NCBI RefSeq assembly: GCF_009914755.1
Contig: NC_060928.1
Reading direction: 5' to 3' (one strand)
DNA length: 64,000 nt
Source of the DNA: the human T2T-CHM13v2.0 reference genome, Homo sapiens
The position numbers and the translations under genes are program-made. How positions within the stretch are numbered: the first letter of the stretch is position 1; every line of letters begins with the position of its first letter. Under the pieces are notes generated by a model, which saw only the letters and a program-made list of their open reading frames with translations, ran no database searches and was not told the DNA's origin. Positions 62,780 through 64,000 of the stretch are shown here, one piece after another.

Positions 62780-63545
62780 GGTCTGATCACTCTCGACTTC
62801 CTTCCTCCCACCTCTGCCTACTCCCTCCCCAACCCCATGGTCTGTAAAACAGCTCTTCTCAAGTCACTTGATGACATCCCTGTTGCCAAGTCCAGCTATC
62901 AAGGCTCAGTCCTCACTCCCCCCACACCCAGGGCTCAGTCCTCACTCCCCACACACCCAGGGCTCAGTCCTCACTCCCCCCACACCCAGGGCTCAGTCCT
63001 CACTCCCCACACACCCAGGGCTCAGTCCTCACTCCCCCCACACCCAGGGCTCAGTCCTCACTCCCCACACACCCAGGGCTCAGTCCTCATTCCCCCCACA
63101 CCCAGGGCTCAGTCCTCACTTCCCCACACCCAATGCTCAGTCCTCATTCCCCCCCACACCCAGGGCTCAGTCCTCACTCCCCCCACACCCAGGGCTCAGT
63201 CCTCACTTCCCCCACACCCAATGCTCAGTCCCCATTCCCCACCCCAGCCCCCAACCGCCCGGCAGCACATGATGCCTGGCAGCATGTGACACGGTGTGAC
63301 ACGGTGTATCTATGGCCCATTCCTCTGGAAACAGTTCCTTTGGTTTTGTCACCTACGTGGCTGGTCTCTGCTGGCTCCCCTTCTCTTCCCAACCTCTGAA
63401 GATGTTTGGTCTAGAGACTCTTTTCTTCTCCTAATTCTATCCACTCCCAAGGTGATTTCCTCCAATCCCATGATGTTTATCTTCAGTTTGGCCCTCTACC
63501 CTCAACTCCAAACCATTTCCAACTGCCTTCTTTGGGTAGGCTGAG
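62780..63545 (+). mobile_element. L2 (LINE2) fragment containing the 29-bp minisatellite
   Basis: aaacagctcttctcaagtcacttgatgacatccctgttgccaagtcca...ctcagtcctca...cagcatgtgacacgg...ctggaaaca resembles the L2 RT region. Confidence 0.65.
62903..63245. repeat. Minisatellite, ~29-bp unit (GGGCTCAGTCCTCACTCCCCCCACACCCA), ~12 copies
   Basis: CTCAGTCC recurs every 28-30 bp. Confidence 0.96.
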
Positions 63546-63889
63546 CTCAATCTCATCTTACAGAGGGTCAAAGAGGTGATGAAAAATAATGAAAACACAC
63601 CTTCAAGGAAGCTGTTGATGATGAATTTTGAAAAACAGGACATCAGAGTAAATTCAGTTATGCAAACTGAGGACCTGCTGTTTACGAACAAACGGTAGGA
63701 AAACATGTAAGAACTGTAGGCTCAATTCCATATAAATGAGCTGAACACACAACTACAGCTACAGCCTCTTGCTAGCCCTGTGTGCATTCAGATGCTTCTT
63801 CTCCTTGATCACAGAATCCGCTAATCCTATCTTGGGAACTACTCATCTTCTTTGGAGTCTCTTGCATTCTGCTTTTTCTCCCCAGCGCT

Positions 63890-64000
63890 TGTTTTTTTTG
63901 TTTGTTTGTTTTTGTGGTTTTTTTGACATGGAGTCTCACTCTGTCACCCAGGCTGGAGGGCAATGGCGTGATCTTGGCTCAATGCACCTCAGCCTCCCAG
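63890..64000 (-). mobile_element. Alu (cut by the window end)
   Basis: T-rich tail then gacatggagtctcactctgtcacccaggctgg. Confidence 0.88.

Noticed and set aside
62651-63289. 212-aa proline-rich ORF
   Set aside because: Translation of the 29-bp minisatellite and L2 relic.

Overview
Primate (very probably human) genomic DNA, not prokaryotic. The window lies inside AFAP1 (actin filament-associated protein 1, AFAP-110), transcribed on the minus strand. It holds four coding exons (38347-38475, 35019-35116, 15384-15492, 3057-3268) with canonical GT-AG sites and consistent phases, encoding residues 1-182: N-terminal helix, SH3-binding proline motifs, tyrosine motifs and the start of PH1. The rest is intron, rich in Alu, L1, L2, MaLR/ERVL LTRs and DNA transposon relics. 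The dominant unusual feature is a ~6.7 kb, ~280-copy 24-bp VNTR in the exon 3-4 intron. It is G-rich on the transcribed strand, has block-wise variant structure, and produces all the very long ORFs in the ORF track. Other notable items: a backspliced exon 2-4 circle would be a stop-free 336-nt endless ORF; a 41-bp and a 29-bp minisatellite; and a near-perfect 173-bp tandem duplication. Repeat-family names are from recognition by eye and need RepeatMasker/Dfam confirmation.
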